Assembly (NCBI RefSeq): GCF_004765795.1
Contig: NZ_SBIV01000003.1
Coordinates: 248,001 to 312,000, forward strand
DNA length: 64,000 nt
Direction: 5' to 3'
Source of the DNA: Halorussus marinus
GTDB lineage: Archaea > Halobacteriota > Halobacteria > Halobacteriales > Haladaptataceae
In this document: in pieces, positions 11,243 to 20,640 of the stretch
Layout: the number at the start of each line of letters is the position of its first letter
Position numbering within the stretch: position 1 is the stretch's first letter
Notes under the pieces: generated by a model
Seen by the model: only the letters and a program-made list of their open reading frames with translations
Told to the model about the DNA's origin: nothing
Databases searched by the model: none
Made by a program: the position numbers and the translations under genes

Positions 11243-12289
11243 ATGGCCGAGGCAGACCGCGACTCGCTGACCGAGATCAGCGACACCATCGACCGACCGG
11301 ACCGGGGGACGCTACGGGCCGCGCTGTTCGCGCTCAAGCGATGGCTGTTGCTCGACGCGAACCGGTGGACGGTCGTCGGGCTGTTGACCGGCTCGGTGTT
11401 CGTGCTGACGGTGCTGGTCGGCACCTTCGGACCGGTCTCGGCCCAGCGATTTCTCGCCCGCGGCACGTCGCCGGGCTCGGTGCTGGTCGAGCTGATGAAG
11501 ACCATCGTCTCGGTCGTCACCATCGTGCTCTCGATCAATCAGCTCGCGCTCTCGCCCGAGCTCGGGCCGGTCGGCGACCAGCGCGAGCGCCTGGCCGACA
11601 CGATGGAGCTCAGACGCGACAGCGAGGACCTCCTCGACCGGCCGACCAGCCCGCTCGCGCCGGGTCAGTACCTCGACGACCTCGTCTCGGCGCTCAGAGA
11701 GCAAGGGGTCGAACTCGCGGCGTCGGTCGACGGCTCCCCGGAGCTCCAGTCGGAACTCGCGTCGTTCGCCCGGGAGCTCGCCGCCGAGGCCGACGGCGTG
11801 AACGACGAGCTCGCCGAGGCGACGTTCGGCGAGTTCGAGGCGGTCGCCGCGGTCATGGATCTCGACACCTCCGGGAAGATCGAGCGACTGCGCCGCGTTC
11901 GGATCGAGTACGACGACAAACTCGGCGACGACGAGCGGGCGGCGATCGAGGAGATGGTCGACACCATCGAGCTGTTCGTCACCGCGCGGGGCTTCCTGAA
12001 GACCACGTACGTCCGCACCGAGTACATCAACTTCTCGCGGGCGTTGCTCTACGTCGGGCTCCCCACGCTGTTTGTCACCTACCTCGCCACCCAGATATAC
12101 GATCCCGGCGTGTTCCCCGGCGCGACGCTCGGCGTCGAGAACAGGCTGTGGTTCGTCGCCGCCGCGACCACGGTGTCTCTGATCCCGTTCGCCACGCTGG
12201 TGTCGTACGTCGGGCGGCTGGCGACCGTCTCCCAGTCGACGCTGTTCATGGGGCCGTTCGTCGCCGGGGCCGAGCGCGACGGCGATTAG
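11243..12289 (+). CDS. Hypothetical membrane protein
   Basis: Two pairs of TM segments separated by an acidic helical loop. Confidence 0.75.
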   Translation: MAEADRDSLTEISDTIDRPDRGTLRAALFALKRWLLLDANRWTVVGLLTGSVFVLTVLVGTFGPVSAQRFLARGTSPGSVLVELMKTIVSVVTIVLSINQLALSPELGPVGDQRERLADTMELRRDSEDLLDRPTSPLAPGQYLDDLVSALREQGVELAASVDGSPELQSELASFARELAAEADGVNDELAEATFGEFEAVAAVMDLDTSGKIERLRRVRIEYDDKLGDDERAAIEEMVDTIELFVTARGFLKTTYVRTEYINFSRALLYVGLPTLFVTYLATQIYDPGVFPGATLGVENRLWFVAAATTVSLIPFATLVSYVGRLATVSQSTLFMGPFVAGAERDGD

Positions 12290-12948
12290 TCGTCGGCCGG
12301 CTCCATCTCGTGGCCGCAGTGGGGACACTCGAGTTCGTCGTGGCGGAGCTGTTCGCTGGCCGACTGGACTTCCCGCATCACCGACGAGATGCGGTCCTCG
12401 GCCTCTAGCTCCTCCTCGACCGAGAGGTCGACGCCCTCGACTTCGAGCAGGAACTTCGCGACCTCGGTCACCTCGTACATCGTGTCGTCGAGCTCCTCGG
12501 CGGTGAAGAACCCGGACATCGCCCCGTAGAGGAAGGTGGCGCCGGCCTGCTTTACCTTCTCCTCGAAGCTCGCCCGGGCCTGATTGACCGCTTGCGGGGT
12601 GTAGGTGTCGGTCATGAACGGGACCAGTTCCGGGAGGTTCTCGCCGATCTTGGTCATCTCGACGCCGGTCTCGGTCCGGAAGTCCGCACAGAGCCGGGCG
12701 ATGGCCCACTCGCGGGCGGTGATGTACGTCCGATCTCGGAGGAACTCGTTGACCCGGTCGTACTCCGCGCCGTCCATCTTCTTGAACCGCTCGTACTTGC
12801 GGACTTCGTCGGGGACGTCGCCGCCCTCGGCCGAGCCGTCGGCGACAGAGGCGTCGGCCTGCTCGTCGTCTGTCTCCGGGGCGTCGACCGCCCCGGTGTC
12901 GGCGTCCTGGTGGTCGTTCTCGGTCGGACGCGGTCGGTCGTCTGCCAT
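12286..12948 (-). CDS. DUF5806-like conserved haloarchaeal protein
   Basis: RVNEFLRDRTYITAREWAIARLC; C-terminal CPHCG; start MADDRPRP. Confidence 0.8.
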   Translation of the reverse strand: MADDRPRPTENDHQDADTGAVDAPETDDEQADASVADGSAEGGDVPDEVRKYERFKKMDGAEYDRVNEFLRDRTYITAREWAIARLCADFRTETGVEMTKIGENLPELVPFMTDTYTPQAVNQARASFEEKVKQAGATFLYGAMSGFFTAEELDDTMYEVTEVAKFLLEVEGVDLSVEEELEAEDRISSVMREVQSASEQLRHDELECPHCGHEMEPADD

Positions 12949-13051
12949 GGATCTCGCTTGCGGTGGGAGGTGGAAAAGCGTATCGTCTGTGGGGATCGCC
13001 AGCCCGGACGCTCGCACAACTGTTTTCACTGATGCCCGGGTTTGGTCGAGT

Positions 13052-13420
13052 ATGAACCTCCTGCTCGGCATCGGCGGAAGCGAGGACTCGATCCGCGCGT
13101 TAGAGAAGACGGTCGAGCGCGCGAAGACGGCCGGCGACGAACTCACGGTCGCGATCGTCGACAACCCCGAGAGCGACCGCACGCCCGAGGGCATCGAGAC
13201 GCGGGTCCGAGACACTCTCGAAGACGCCGACTTCTCGGCGACGGTACGACACGTCTCGGGCGATCCCGGGAGCGAGCTCGTCGACCTCGCCGAGCGGGAG
13301 GGGTTCGACCAGATCGCGCTCGGCGGCGGCCAGCGGAGCCCGATGGGGAAGATACAACTGGGCCACATCGCGGAGTTCGTCCTGCTGAACTCCCCGGTGA
13401 CGGTGACTCTGGTTCGATGA
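13052..13420 (+). CDS. Universal stress protein
   Basis: GDPGSELVDLAEREGFD, GGGQRSPMGKIQLG. Confidence 0.88.
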   Translation: MNLLLGIGGSEDSIRALEKTVERAKTAGDELTVAIVDNPESDRTPEGIETRVRDTLEDADFSATVRHVSGDPGSELVDLAEREGFDQIALGGGQRSPMGKIQLGHIAEFVLLNSPVTVTLVR

Positions 13421-13941
13421 ACGGATCCGAACGCGAGTACCCCGACGCGTCCGCGGGCTCGTTCCCCGAGCCGCCGCTGTCTTTCACCGACCGCGAGGAC
13501 CGCGAGATCGAGGTCCGGCCCTACGAGGACGGCGACCTCGAATCGGTCGTGGCGATGTACGTCGACTTCGACTCGGCCGACCGCGCGCAGGGCATCCCGC
13601 CGGCGACCGAGTCGCGGGTCCGGGACTGGTTCGACGCGCTGCTCGACGGCCTGAACGTGGTGGCGTGGCACGGCGACCGCGCGGTCGGTCACGCCACTCT
13701 CGTGCCGGGCGACGACGCCGACCACGAACTCGCCATCTTCGTCCATCAGGACTACCAGCGCGCGGGCATCGGCTCGAAGCTCCTCCGCGGCCTGCTGGGT
13801 CACGGGGGGGCCAACGGCGTCGAGAAGGTGTGGCTCACCGTCGAGCGGTGGAACCGCGCCGCGATCGGGCTCTACGAGTCGGTCGGCTTCGAGACCTGTA
13901 GCTCCGAGAGCTTCGAGCGGGAGATGGCGCTGCGACTCTAA
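13417..13941 (+). CDS. GNAT N-acetyltransferase
   Basis: FVHQDYQRAGIGSKLL acetyl-CoA motif, NRAAIGLYESVGF; ATGA overlap with usp. Confidence 0.92.
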   Translation: MNGSEREYPDASAGSFPEPPLSFTDREDREIEVRPYEDGDLESVVAMYVDFDSADRAQGIPPATESRVRDWFDALLDGLNVVAWHGDRAVGHATLVPGDDADHELAIFVHQDYQRAGIGSKLLRGLLGHGGANGVEKVWLTVERWNRAAIGLYESVGFETCSSESFEREMALRL

Positions 13942-14043
13942 ACGACCGTTTCTGCGGGCGGCGCACGAACGCGCCGCTTTTGCAAACCGTTGCTGAAAAA
14001 CACGGCGCCACCCCCTCTTTCGCGACCTCGCGTCGCTCGCGGT
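13942..14043 (+). repeat. Dispersed palindromic intergenic repeat, copy 1
   Basis: Aligns with reverse complement of 34784-34903; hairpin gcggcgc..gcgccgc. Confidence 0.85.
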
Positions 14044-14093
14044 GGGATTGCCGGTGCGTCGGGGAAAAGACCGAGCGTGCGAACGCGTCTTCC

Positions 14094-14549
14094 TCAGACC
14101 GACAGCACGGGCTGGCTCGCGTACAGCAACACGTACTCGGCGGCCTTTTCGAGCACCTCGCCGGGCTCGCCGCTCACCGGCTCGCGCGGGATCACGAGGA
14201 AGTCGGCGTCGAGGTCGTCGGCGGTGTCGAGGATCGCGCTCCCGGGGTGTTGGGTCTTGCGCGTGGTCGAGAAGCCGTACGCGTTGGAGGTCGAGAGCTC
14301 CACGCCGTACTCCTCGGCGAGGTCTCCGACCGTCTCCATGAACGCCTCGGTCTCCGAGAGCACCTCCTCCTCGGCGACGGTCCCGGTCTCGATCCCCCGG
14401 ACGAACTCCTCGCCGAGGACGTACATCGCGTGGACCGAGGCGCCGTACGTCTCGGCGACCGCGGCGGCGTACTCGGCGGCCTCGACCGACTCGTCGCTTC
14501 CGTCGACCGGGACGAGGACGGTTTCGACTGCGAGCGGCGGTTCGGTCAT
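14094..14549 (-). CDS. Universal stress protein
   Basis: VLVPVDGSDES, HPGSAILDTA, YASQPVLSV. Confidence 0.9.
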   Translation of the reverse strand: MTEPPLAVETVLVPVDGSDESVEAAEYAAAVAETYGASVHAMYVLGEEFVRGIETGTVAEEEVLSETEAFMETVGDLAEEYGVELSTSNAYGFSTTRKTQHPGSAILDTADDLDADFLVIPREPVSGEPGEVLEKAAEYVLLYASQPVLSV

Positions 14550-14676
14550 ACGACTACGTGTGTGGCCTCCCGGGAAAAATCTTCGTTCGCGCGCCGGCCG
14601 AAGGCGCGCCCCGAACCGGCGGGCCGGTCCCGGCGACTCACCGAACTTTAAGAGGCGTCCGCCGGTAGAGGCGGAC

Positions 14677-15105
14677 ATGATAGACACGGTCGTCATCGCC
14701 ACCGACGGCTCCGAGAGCGTCCGACGGGCCGTCGAGGTCGCGCTCGACTTCGCCGAGCGGTTCGACGCCGCGGTCCACGCGCTGTACGTCGTCGACGAAG
14801 GGGAGGTCGGCTCCTCGCCCGAGGAACTGCGAGACGAACTGCGGACCGCGCTCGAGTCCCAGTCGGAGGCGGCGCTCGCGCAGGTTCGGGACCACGCCGA
14901 CCGCGAGATCGAGACCGCGGTTCGGGAGGGCCATCCCGCGCCCGAGATCACCGAGTACGCCCGCGAGAACGACGCCGACGTCGTCGCGACCGGCACCCGC
15001 GGGCGCCACGGCGAGAACCGCTTTCTCATCGGGAGCGTCGCCGAGCGAGTCGTCCGGTCGTGTCCGGTTCCGGTGCTCACCGTCCGCCAACTCGCCGAGG
15101 AGTGA
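14677..15105 (+). CDS. Universal stress protein
   Basis: VIATDGS, GTRGRHG, GSVAERVVR..PVLTV. Confidence 0.92.
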   Translation: MIDTVVIATDGSESVRRAVEVALDFAERFDAAVHALYVVDEGEVGSSPEELRDELRTALESQSEAALAQVRDHADREIETAVREGHPAPEITEYARENDADVVATGTRGRHGENRFLIGSVAERVVRSCPVPVLTVRQLAEE

Positions 15106-15153
15106 CCGGCCCGGAACCGGGGATTCTTTCGTGTCGGGCGCCCAGAGGAGGGT

Positions 15154-16269
15154 ATGAAAGACTGGGTCATCGACGACGACGCCCTGCCCATCGAGCGCAA
15201 ATCGATCCTGCCGGGCGAGGGGTTTTTCGTCCCCGATTCGATCGAAGACGAAAGAGAGGACGCCGAGGCCGAGGCGGCGCTCACCGGCGCCGACGTGGCG
15301 GTCGTGGCCGACCCCGACGCCGACGGGCTCGCCTGTACCGCGCTCGTCCGAGAAGTGTACGGCGACGCGGCGCTCGTCGACGCCGGCCCCCACGACCTCG
15401 ACGAGGCGCTCGAACGCGTCGCCGAGTACGCCGAACCCGACGCGCGCGTGTTCGTCTGTGACCTCTGTCCCGACGCCTACGACGACGTCGGGGCGCCCCT
15501 GGAGACGCTGGTCGAGCGATCGGGGCCGGTCCGGTGGTTCGACCACCACCAGTGGGACGACGCGGTCGCCGAGGCGGTCCGCGAGGCGGGCGTCGACCTC
15601 GTCGTCGGCGACAGCGACGAGGAGTGTACCGCCGACGTGGCGCTCCGGTCGCTCGACTACGAGTTCCCCGAGTACCTCGCCGAACTCGCGGCGGTCACCC
15701 GCGACCACGACCTCTGGCTCCGCGAGGACCCCCGGAGCGACGATCTGGCGGACTTCTCCTACTGGTCGGACCCCGAGGAGTACATCGAGGCGGTCGCCGA
15801 GCACGGAGCGGACCTCCCGCCGGAGATCGAGGAGTTCCTCGCCGAACAGCGCGTCGAGAAGGAAGCCCTCATCGAGAAGGCGGTCGAGCGCGCCGACGTC
15901 GAGGAAGTCGGGCCGTGGACGATCGGGGTGACCTACGGTCGGTGCTCCCAGAACGAGGTCGCCGAGGCGCTCCGCCAGCAGGGGACCGACGCCGCGGTCG
16001 TGGTCAAACCCTCCGGGAGCGCCTCGATCCGGGGCACCGACGCCTTCGAGCGCGCCCACGAGGTCGCAGGGCAGGTCAACGGCGGCGGCCACCCGAAGGC
16101 CGCCGGGTGCAAGCCCGACATCTACGACGACATGCTCGACTACGCCCACCACTGGACCACCCGCGGCGCGGTCGCCAAGCAGGTGATCGTCGACGCGTTC
16201 CGAAATCTGGAGTACGACGAGCCCGACTCGGACGACGAGCGAGCGGACGCCGAGGGCGCCGGGGAATGA
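15154..16269 (+). CDS. DHH family phosphoesterase
   Basis: DPDADG, FDHH, DHHA1 GGGHPKAAG. Confidence 0.92.
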   Translation: MKDWVIDDDALPIERKSILPGEGFFVPDSIEDEREDAEAEAALTGADVAVVADPDADGLACTALVREVYGDAALVDAGPHDLDEALERVAEYAEPDARVFVCDLCPDAYDDVGAPLETLVERSGPVRWFDHHQWDDAVAEAVREAGVDLVVGDSDEECTADVALRSLDYEFPEYLAELAAVTRDHDLWLREDPRSDDLADFSYWSDPEEYIEAVAEHGADLPPEIEEFLAEQRVEKEALIEKAVERADVEEVGPWTIGVTYGRCSQNEVAEALRQQGTDAAVVVKPSGSASIRGTDAFERAHEVAGQVNGGGHPKAAGCKPDIYDDMLDYAHHWTTRGAVAKQVIVDAFRNLEYDEPDSDDERADAEGAGE

Positions 16270-17111
16270 CGACGCTGGACGCCATCGACGCCCGGAAGCC
16301 GATCGTCGGCATGATCCACCTCCCGGCGCTACCGGGCGCCCCGGGGTTCGACGGCGACTTCGAGGCGGTCCGGTCGGCCGCCCTGCGGGACGCCCGTCGG
16401 CTCGCGGCCGGCGGCGTCGACGCTCTCATGGTCGAGAACTTCGGGGACGCACCGTTCTACCCCGACGACGTGCCCAAGCACGTCGTGGCGTCGATGACTC
16501 GGCTCGCGACCGAGATCCGCGAGGCCGTCGACCGCCCGCTCGGGGTGAACGTCCTGCGAAACGACGCCGAGGCGGCCCTCTCGGTCGCGACCGCGGCGGG
16601 CGCGGCGTTCGTCAGGGTCAACGTCCACGTCGGCGCGCGGGTCACCGATCAGGGCGTCGTCGAGGGGCGGGCCCACGAGACGATGCGCCTGCGCGAGCGC
16701 CTCGACGCTGACGTGGCCGTGCTCGCCGATCTGGACGTGAAACATTCAGCGCCGTTGGCGAGGCGCCACGCGCCTCGGACTGCGAGCGGGGAGCGCCCGC
16801 TCGACGCCGAAGCCGTCGCCGAGCCGATCGAGCGCGGGCTCGCGGCCGGCGTCGTCGTCAGCGGCGCGGGCACGGGCCACGCCGTCGCGGGCGAGCACCT
16901 CGCGGCGGTGGCGGCGGCCCGCGACGAGCGGGGGCTCGACGCCCCGGTGTTCGTCGGGAGCGGAACGACCGTCGAGAACGTCGCCGACCTGCTCGCGACC
17001 GCCGACGGCGCCATCGTCGGCACCGCGCTGAAGGTCGACGGCGAGACGACCGCGCCGGTCGACGAGGAGCGCGTCGCGCGGCTGGTCGCGGCCGCCGACG
17101 AGGTCCGTTAG
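16266..17111 (+). CDS. BtpA/SgcQ family protein
   Basis: GMIHLPALPG, ENFGDAPF, GVNVLRND, VKHS, GSG. Confidence 0.9.
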   Translation: MTTLDAIDARKPIVGMIHLPALPGAPGFDGDFEAVRSAALRDARRLAAGGVDALMVENFGDAPFYPDDVPKHVVASMTRLATEIREAVDRPLGVNVLRNDAEAALSVATAAGAAFVRVNVHVGARVTDQGVVEGRAHETMRLRERLDADVAVLADLDVKHSAPLARRHAPRTASGERPLDAEAVAEPIERGLAAGVVVSGAGTGHAVAGEHLAAVAAARDERGLDAPVFVGSGTTVENVADLLATADGAIVGTALKVDGETTAPVDEERVARLVAAADEVR

Positions 17112-18040
17112 CTCGATTCGAGGAACGCCTCGACGTCCCGGGCGGTCGGCAGGCCGCCGCGGGCGGTCTCGGCGGTGCAGTTGAGCGCCGCGGTCGCGGC
17201 CGCGAACCGGCCGGCCGCCGCGGGCGGTCGCCCGTCGAGTAGCCACGCGTGTATCAGCCCCGCGGTGAACGCGTCGCCCGCGCCCGTGGTGTCGACGGTC
17301 TCGACGTCGAACGCCGGGATCTCGCTCACCGACTCGCCGTCGAACAGGAGCGCGCCCGCCTCGCCCCGCGTGATCGCGGCCCGCGGGACCCCGCGATCGC
17401 GGAGCTCGGCTATCGCCGCTCGCGGACCGACTCCGAGATACGACCGGACGGACACCTCGTTGGCGACGAACAGGTCGCAGGCCGAACAGAGCGAGTCGAT
17501 GGTCGCCCGACGAGTCGCCCGGCCGTCGAGCTCCGCGAGCGGTCCCGAGAGATCGAAGACCAGCGGCGGGAGCTCGCCAGACCCCGCGGCGTCGGCGAGC
17601 GCGGCGGTCACCCGGTCGGGCGCGTACGCGCTGGTGAAGACGAGGTCCGACCGCCTGAGGTACGCACGATCGGCGGCGTCGAGTCGGAGCTTCGGGACGC
17701 TCTGGCCGCCCGCGACGATCATGCGCTCGCCGTCGGGGTCGCGCAGAATCAGCGAGTAGGAGGTCGATTCGTCGCCCCGGACGATCCGGCTCGCGTCGAC
17801 GCCGCGCTCGCGGAGGGCCGCGAGCACGCGGTCGCCGGCCTCGTCGTCGCCGACCCGCGAGACCACGCCGGTCTCGCGCCCGAGTTCGGCGAGCGCGGCC
17901 GCGACGTTCGCCGCGACGCCGCCCGTCGCGGTCGTCTCCTCGCGGACGAACGCGCCGCCGTCGGGTTCCGGGAGGTTCGAGAGCCCGTAGAGCCTGTCGA
18001 GGACCGCGCTCCCGACCGCGATCGCGTCGAAATCGCTCAT
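17108..18040 (-). CDS. PfkB family carbohydrate kinase
   Basis: GGVAANVA, DTTGAGDAF. Confidence 0.93.
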   Translation of the reverse strand: MSDFDAIAVGSAVLDRLYGLSNLPEPDGGAFVREETTATGGVAANVAAALAELGRETGVVSRVGDDEAGDRVLAALRERGVDASRIVRGDESTSYSLILRDPDGERMIVAGGQSVPKLRLDAADRAYLRRSDLVFTSAYAPDRVTAALADAAGSGELPPLVFDLSGPLAELDGRATRRATIDSLCSACDLFVANEVSVRSYLGVGPRAAIAELRDRGVPRAAITRGEAGALLFDGESVSEIPAFDVETVDTTGAGDAFTAGLIHAWLLDGRPPAAAGRFAAATAALNCTAETARGGLPTARDVEAFLESS

Positions 18041-18089
18041 TAGGAGAGAGGGGCGCCCCGCCGTGAAACGGCTTTCGGGAGCCGGCGGC

Positions 18090-18677
18090 TCAGACGCCCT
18101 CGAAGTCGGTCCGGACCTCGCCGTCCCGGTCGAGGTCGACGACCGCGTCGAACAACCCCATGAACTTCTCGACGTGCTCCTCGTCGTGGACCCCCTTCGA
18201 GAGGTGGAACAGCGCGACCGCGTCGTGGTCGTCGAGCAGGTCGAGCAGTTCCCGGATCAGGTCCCGCACCCGGGCCTCGTCGGCGTAGTAGGCCATCTCG
18301 GTGATCGAGTCGAGGCTGATCCGGCGCTTGCCGTCGGTCGATTCGAGGAACTCGCGGGCGATCTCGAGGATGCCCTCGAGGTCGTCGGGCGACGAGACGT
18401 AGTGGACGTTGTCGGTGCTTCGCCGGGAGTAGCCCCGCTCGATGCTCAGGGTGTCGAGGATCTCGGCGCGCTCCTCGTCGACATCGTAGTGGTCGAGTTT
18501 CTGTTTGACCTCCCGGGCGGTCGTGCGGGTCGAGATGACGAGAAAGTGATCGGTGTCGGTCTTGAGAAAGTCGGTATCGATTCGGTCGGTTTCGCCGGTA
18601 CTCGGGTGCAGAAGGAGGATCCCCGTGCCACCGGGAATCGATTCGGGGGCGTTTTCGACGGCGAGTCGATAGTCCAT
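18090..18677 (-). CDS. Degenerate KaiC/RecA-fold-like conserved protein
   Basis: RRISLDSITEM Walker-B-like strand, LFDAVVDL; no canonical Walker A (HPSTGET). Confidence 0.7.
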   Translation of the reverse strand: MDYRLAVENAPESIPGGTGILLLHPSTGETDRIDTDFLKTDTDHFLVISTRTTAREVKQKLDHYDVDEERAEILDTLSIERGYSRRSTDNVHYVSSPDDLEGILEIAREFLESTDGKRRISLDSITEMAYYADEARVRDLIRELLDLLDDHDAVALFHLSKGVHDEEHVEKFMGLFDAVVDLDRDGEVRTDFEGV

Positions 18678-18738
18678 ACCGACCGATAATACGGGGCGAG
18701 GACTTAAGACTGCGGGTGCGCCGCCGGGGAGTTCGCGG

Positions 18739-19176
18739 TCAGAAGACGCTGTCGGCGGTGGCCGCCCCGACCACGCTGAACACCGCGCCGACGCTGATCG
18801 CCTTGAGGGTCGTGGCGACCGTCTCCATCGACGGCCCGGCGTCGTAGGTCGGTTCGAGGAAGGTGCCGGGCGCGCCGAACGACAGCGAGAGGATCGCGAC
18901 CGACCCGTACGAGACCAGCATGAGCGAGACGAACCGGGTGGGGACGCCCGCGACCTCCGCCTCTCGGTCGGGATCGCGGTCGTCGTCGGCCTTGTAGAGG
19001 GCGCCGTAGCCGATCAGAAAGACGATCAGCACCGTCGACAGCGACTGGAGGACCGTCATGTCGCCGGCGAGCGACCAGACCTCCTCGGTGACGACGAACG
19101 GCCCCGCGAGCAGGAATCCGCCGACCAGTTGCTGTGCGGAGTCCGCGAGCGCGAACCGCTTTTTCGAGCCGACCAT
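18739..19176 (-). CDS. DUF2391 family membrane protein
   Basis: QQLVGGFLLAGPFVVTEEVW, GAATADS. Confidence 0.82.
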   Translation of the reverse strand: MVGSKKRFALADSAQQLVGGFLLAGPFVVTEEVWSLAGDMTVLQSLSTVLIVFLIGYGALYKADDDRDPDREAEVAGVPTRFVSLMLVSYGSVAILSLSFGAPGTFLEPTYDAGPSMETVATTLKAISVGAVFSVVGAATADSVF

Positions 19177-19240
19177 ACCGCCAGCGACACACCCCATAAG
19201 TAAAAGGGACGCGCTCGGCGGCGTCTCCCGGCCAGCGCGC

Positions 19241-19305
19241 TCGGCCCGAATCGCCCCTGTCGGCGTCGGCCCGAATCGCCCCTGTTGGCGTCGGCCCGAA
19301 TCGCC
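19241..19305. repeat. 25-bp tandem repeat, about 2.6 copies
   Basis: tcggcccgaatcgcccctgtYggcg at 19241 and 19266, partial at 19291. Confidence 0.9.
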
Positions 19306-19313
19306 GCCGGCCG

Positions 19314-20279
19314 TCACTCGGCGGTGGCGGCCGCTTCGAGGTCGTAGCTCACGCCGGTCAGTTCCTCGGAGACCGACCAGAGGCGCTCGGCGCGCCGACG
19401 GTCGTACGAGCGGTCGCTCGACTGCTGGACGGTCGGCGCACCCCGCATGTCGAACAGTCCGCCGGGGCCGACGTACTCGCCGCCCTCGATCGCCGGGGCG
19501 GTCGCGGCGTACAGCATCGGGAGCGCGCCCGCCTCGGCCGGCTGGGCGAACGCCGCGTTCGCGGCCTTCATCGCCACCAACCGGAGCCGCGAGCCCGCCA
19601 TCTCGGGGCCGCGGCGCTGGAGGTCCGTGTCGGCGTACCCCGGATGACACGCGACGCTCGCGACGTCCGCGCCCGCCCGGTCGAGCCGGCGCTGAAGCTC
19701 GTAGGCGAACAGCACGTTCGCGAGCTTGCTCTGGGCGTAGGCGTCCCACTCGTCGTAATCGTCCTCGCCCTGCAGGTCCGCGAAGTCGATCTCGCCGCGC
19801 TCGTGGACGCCCGAGCTCTGGGTGACGACGCGGGCCTCGCCGTCGGCCGCCCGCAGGCTGTCGAGGAGCAGTCCCGTCAGCGCGAAGTGGCCGAGGTGGT
19901 TGACGCCGAACTGAGTCTCGAAGCCGTCTGCGGTCTCGCGTCGAGGGATCGCCATCACGCCCGCGTTGTTACAGAGGACGTCGAGTCCGTCGTGGGTCGC
20001 CCCGAACTCGTCGGCGAACGACCGGACGGAGTCGAGGTCCGCGAGGTCGAGCGCCGCCACGTCGAGCGACCCCCGGAGGTCGCCGTCCCGGAGTTCGCGT
20101 CTCGCCGCCTCGCCGCGGTCGGTGCTCCGACACGCCATGACGACGTCGGCGCCCTTCCGGGCGAAGACGCGGGTCGCCTCGTAGCCGAGCCCGGTGTTCG
20201 CGCCGGTGACGACCACGGTTCGGTCGTCCAGTTCCGGAACGTCGTCCGCCGTCCACGCCGAGTCGCTCGTGGTGACCAT
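19314..20279 (-). CDS. SDR family oxidoreductase (retinol dehydrogenase-like)
   Basis: TGANTGLG, NNAGVM, YAQSK, HPGY. Confidence 0.94.
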   Translation of the reverse strand: MVTTSDSAWTADDVPELDDRTVVVTGANTGLGYEATRVFARKGADVVMACRSTDRGEAARRELRDGDLRGSLDVAALDLADLDSVRSFADEFGATHDGLDVLCNNAGVMAIPRRETADGFETQFGVNHLGHFALTGLLLDSLRAADGEARVVTQSSGVHERGEIDFADLQGEDDYDEWDAYAQSKLANVLFAYELQRRLDRAGADVASVACHPGYADTDLQRRGPEMAGSRLRLVAMKAANAAFAQPAEAGALPMLYAATAPAIEGGEYVGPGGLFDMRGAPTVQQSSDRSYDRRRAERLWSVSEELTGVSYDLEAAATAE

Positions 20280-20309
20280 ACGTAGCGTCCCGTCGGCAGA
20301 CAGTTAGGG

Positions 20310-20468
20310 CTACTGCCGGCCGGTCGCGTCGGACTCGACCACGTACCCTCGACAGTCGGGACAGAGGACGGGCGCCGCCTCGTCGAACGTCTCGCCACAG
20401 AGCGTACAGACGTACCCGCCGCTCGATTCGCCTCGGAACCGCACCCGCAGTCTGTCGAAGATCCCCAT
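20310..20468 (-). CDS. Small C(P)xCG-type zinc-finger protein (52 aa)
   Basis: CTLCG...CPDCRG; start MGIFDRLR. Confidence 0.75.
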   Translation of the reverse strand: MGIFDRLRVRFRGESSGGYVCTLCGETFDEAAPVLCPDCRGYVVESDATGRQ

Positions 20469-20640
20469 TCTCGTCCGACCGAGGACGGCGACCGACATAG
20501 CGGTTGGTGACCGTCGCGCGGGTAATCCCGGATTCCGCGACCGGTCCGGGCGTAACGGCTCCATAACCCCCGCGCCACCGATCGAGAGAGCCCCGACGCG
20601 ACCCACGGCTTTTTGCGTTCGGCACCCGAGGCTTCGAGCG

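Noticed and set aside
13052..15105. Usp-GNAT-Usp-Usp cluster as a toxin-antitoxin or defence system
   Set aside because: Looks like an ordinary conserved haloarchaeal stress neighbourhood; no antitoxin-like partner or mobility signal.
18090..18677. Active KaiC clock ATPase
   Set aside because: Single domain lacking the Walker A GKT motif; recorded only as a degenerate fold.
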